From positions 1 to 54,679 of the forward strand of contig JBLHMA010000001.1 of assembly GCA_047621545.1 (NCBI GenBank): DNA of 54,679 nucleotides. The letters are read 5' to 3'. Source of the stretch: Cognaticolwellia sp. (lineage in GTDB: Bacteria; Myxococcota_A; UBA796; CAJQPC01). The notes below the pieces were generated by a model. It was not told the DNA's origin and did no database searches. It saw only the letters and a program-made list of their open reading frames with translations. Below, in pieces: positions 54,227-54,679 of the stretch (positions are counted from its first letter, which is position 1; the number at the start of each line of letters is the position of its first letter). Position numbers and translations under genes: made by a program.

Positions 54227-54679
54227 ATGTACCACTACGTCGCCAGAACCAGAACCGGCCTGCTGGCTGGAGGGACCCAGCACGCAGTAGCCCTCTGGGC
54301 CCGCCTCCGCCCGCTGTCCTTGGGATGCGAGGCGCTCTGCCTGATGCCCAACCACATCCACCTACTCACCAAGCGAGAGATACGGCTAGAGCTTGCTCAG
54401 GTACTGGCGGGTCACGTGCGCAGCCTGAACCGCTCAGGGGGGCGGGTCCGCTTGGAGTCCGTGCCTCGAGTCACGCCGTGTACAGACCTCAAGAAGATCC
54501 GACGGCAAGCCAGGTATATCCATCTAAATCCTTGTCGAGCCCGCATCGTCCAGGACCCGCTCGCTTGGACTTGGTCCAGCTACAGAGACTGCTTGGGGTT
54601 GAGCGCCCATGCCATTCGAGACGGGGTGAACGATGCCGAGCGCCTGCACAGCTACGTCAGCTCGGACCCCAGCGTCGGA
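54227..54679 (+). CDS. IS200/IS605-type Y1 (HUH) transposase, RAYT-like; 3' end runs off the window
   Basis: Absent from the ORF track. AAGGAG lies 7 nt before ATG 54227. My translation (151 codons, open to the window end) is MYHYVARTRTG...CLMPNHIHLLTK (HUH motif)...RRQARYIHLNPCRARIVQDPLAWTWSSYRD (catalytic Tyr region)... This is the pattern of REP-associated tyrosine transposases. Confidence 0.8.
   Translation, partial: MYHYVARTRTGLLAGGTQHAVALWARLRPLSLGCEALCLMPNHIHLLTKREIRLELAQVLAGHVRSLNRSGGRVRLESVPRVTPCTDLKKIRRQARYIHLNPCRARIVQDPLAWTWSSYRDCLGLSAHAIRDGVNDAERLHSYVSSDPSVG

Overview
The window is GC-rich with a strong GC3 bias and is densely coding. I read it as bacterial chromosome from a Myxococcota-like organism. 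That inference rests on six proteins ending in MYXO-CTERM-type tails (Cys motif, hydrophobic helix, Arg cluster), a MopE-like protein with seven copies of the 'putative metal-binding motif', and five Hanks Ser/Thr kinases.

Layout, left to right:
- A kinase, TPR protein and solute-binding protein operon joined by ATGA overlaps.
- M14 carboxypeptidase, a lipoprotein and a quinone oxidoreductase.
- A thrombospondin-type-3 repeat protein.
- A GldA/GldF/GldG-like ABC operon with a DUF4340-like gene, followed by a frame-disrupted FGE-sulfatase gene.
- gloB and hydrolases.
- A ~1 kb non-coding island packed with two repeat families and about ten hairpins.
- A pentapeptide-repeat K+ channel fusion coupled to an HDOD gene.
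- MBL-fold hydrolase, PhoD and an esterase.
- The MopE-like protein, a trypsin, and a Dnmt2-like C5-methyltransferase.
- Four giant kinase / P-loop NTPase / TPR proteins interleaved with OsmC, a RegB/RegA-type redox two-component system and a PP2C phosphatase.
- Four tandem secreted trypsin paralogues, one of them catalytically dead.
- UbiA-type prenyltransferase and a large FG-GAP-like lipoprotein.
- A decaying YHYH-family gene.
- A partial RAYT / IS200-like Y1 transposase preceded by strong palindromes.

Most notable observations:
1. A previously unnamed ~164-bp MITE with TA target duplications, in three copies. One is an in-frame insertion inside a gene and one is an internal-deletion derivative.
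2. The Dnmt2-like methyltransferase has its SAM-binding motif I upstream of every canonical start codon.
3. The kinase-NTPase array shows reciprocal motif degeneration. Walker A has Lys to Arg in three members. The catalytic-loop Lys is Thr in the only member with a canonical Walker A.
4. The hairpin and tandem-repeat island.

All family assignments come from motifs I recognise by eye. No database search was run.
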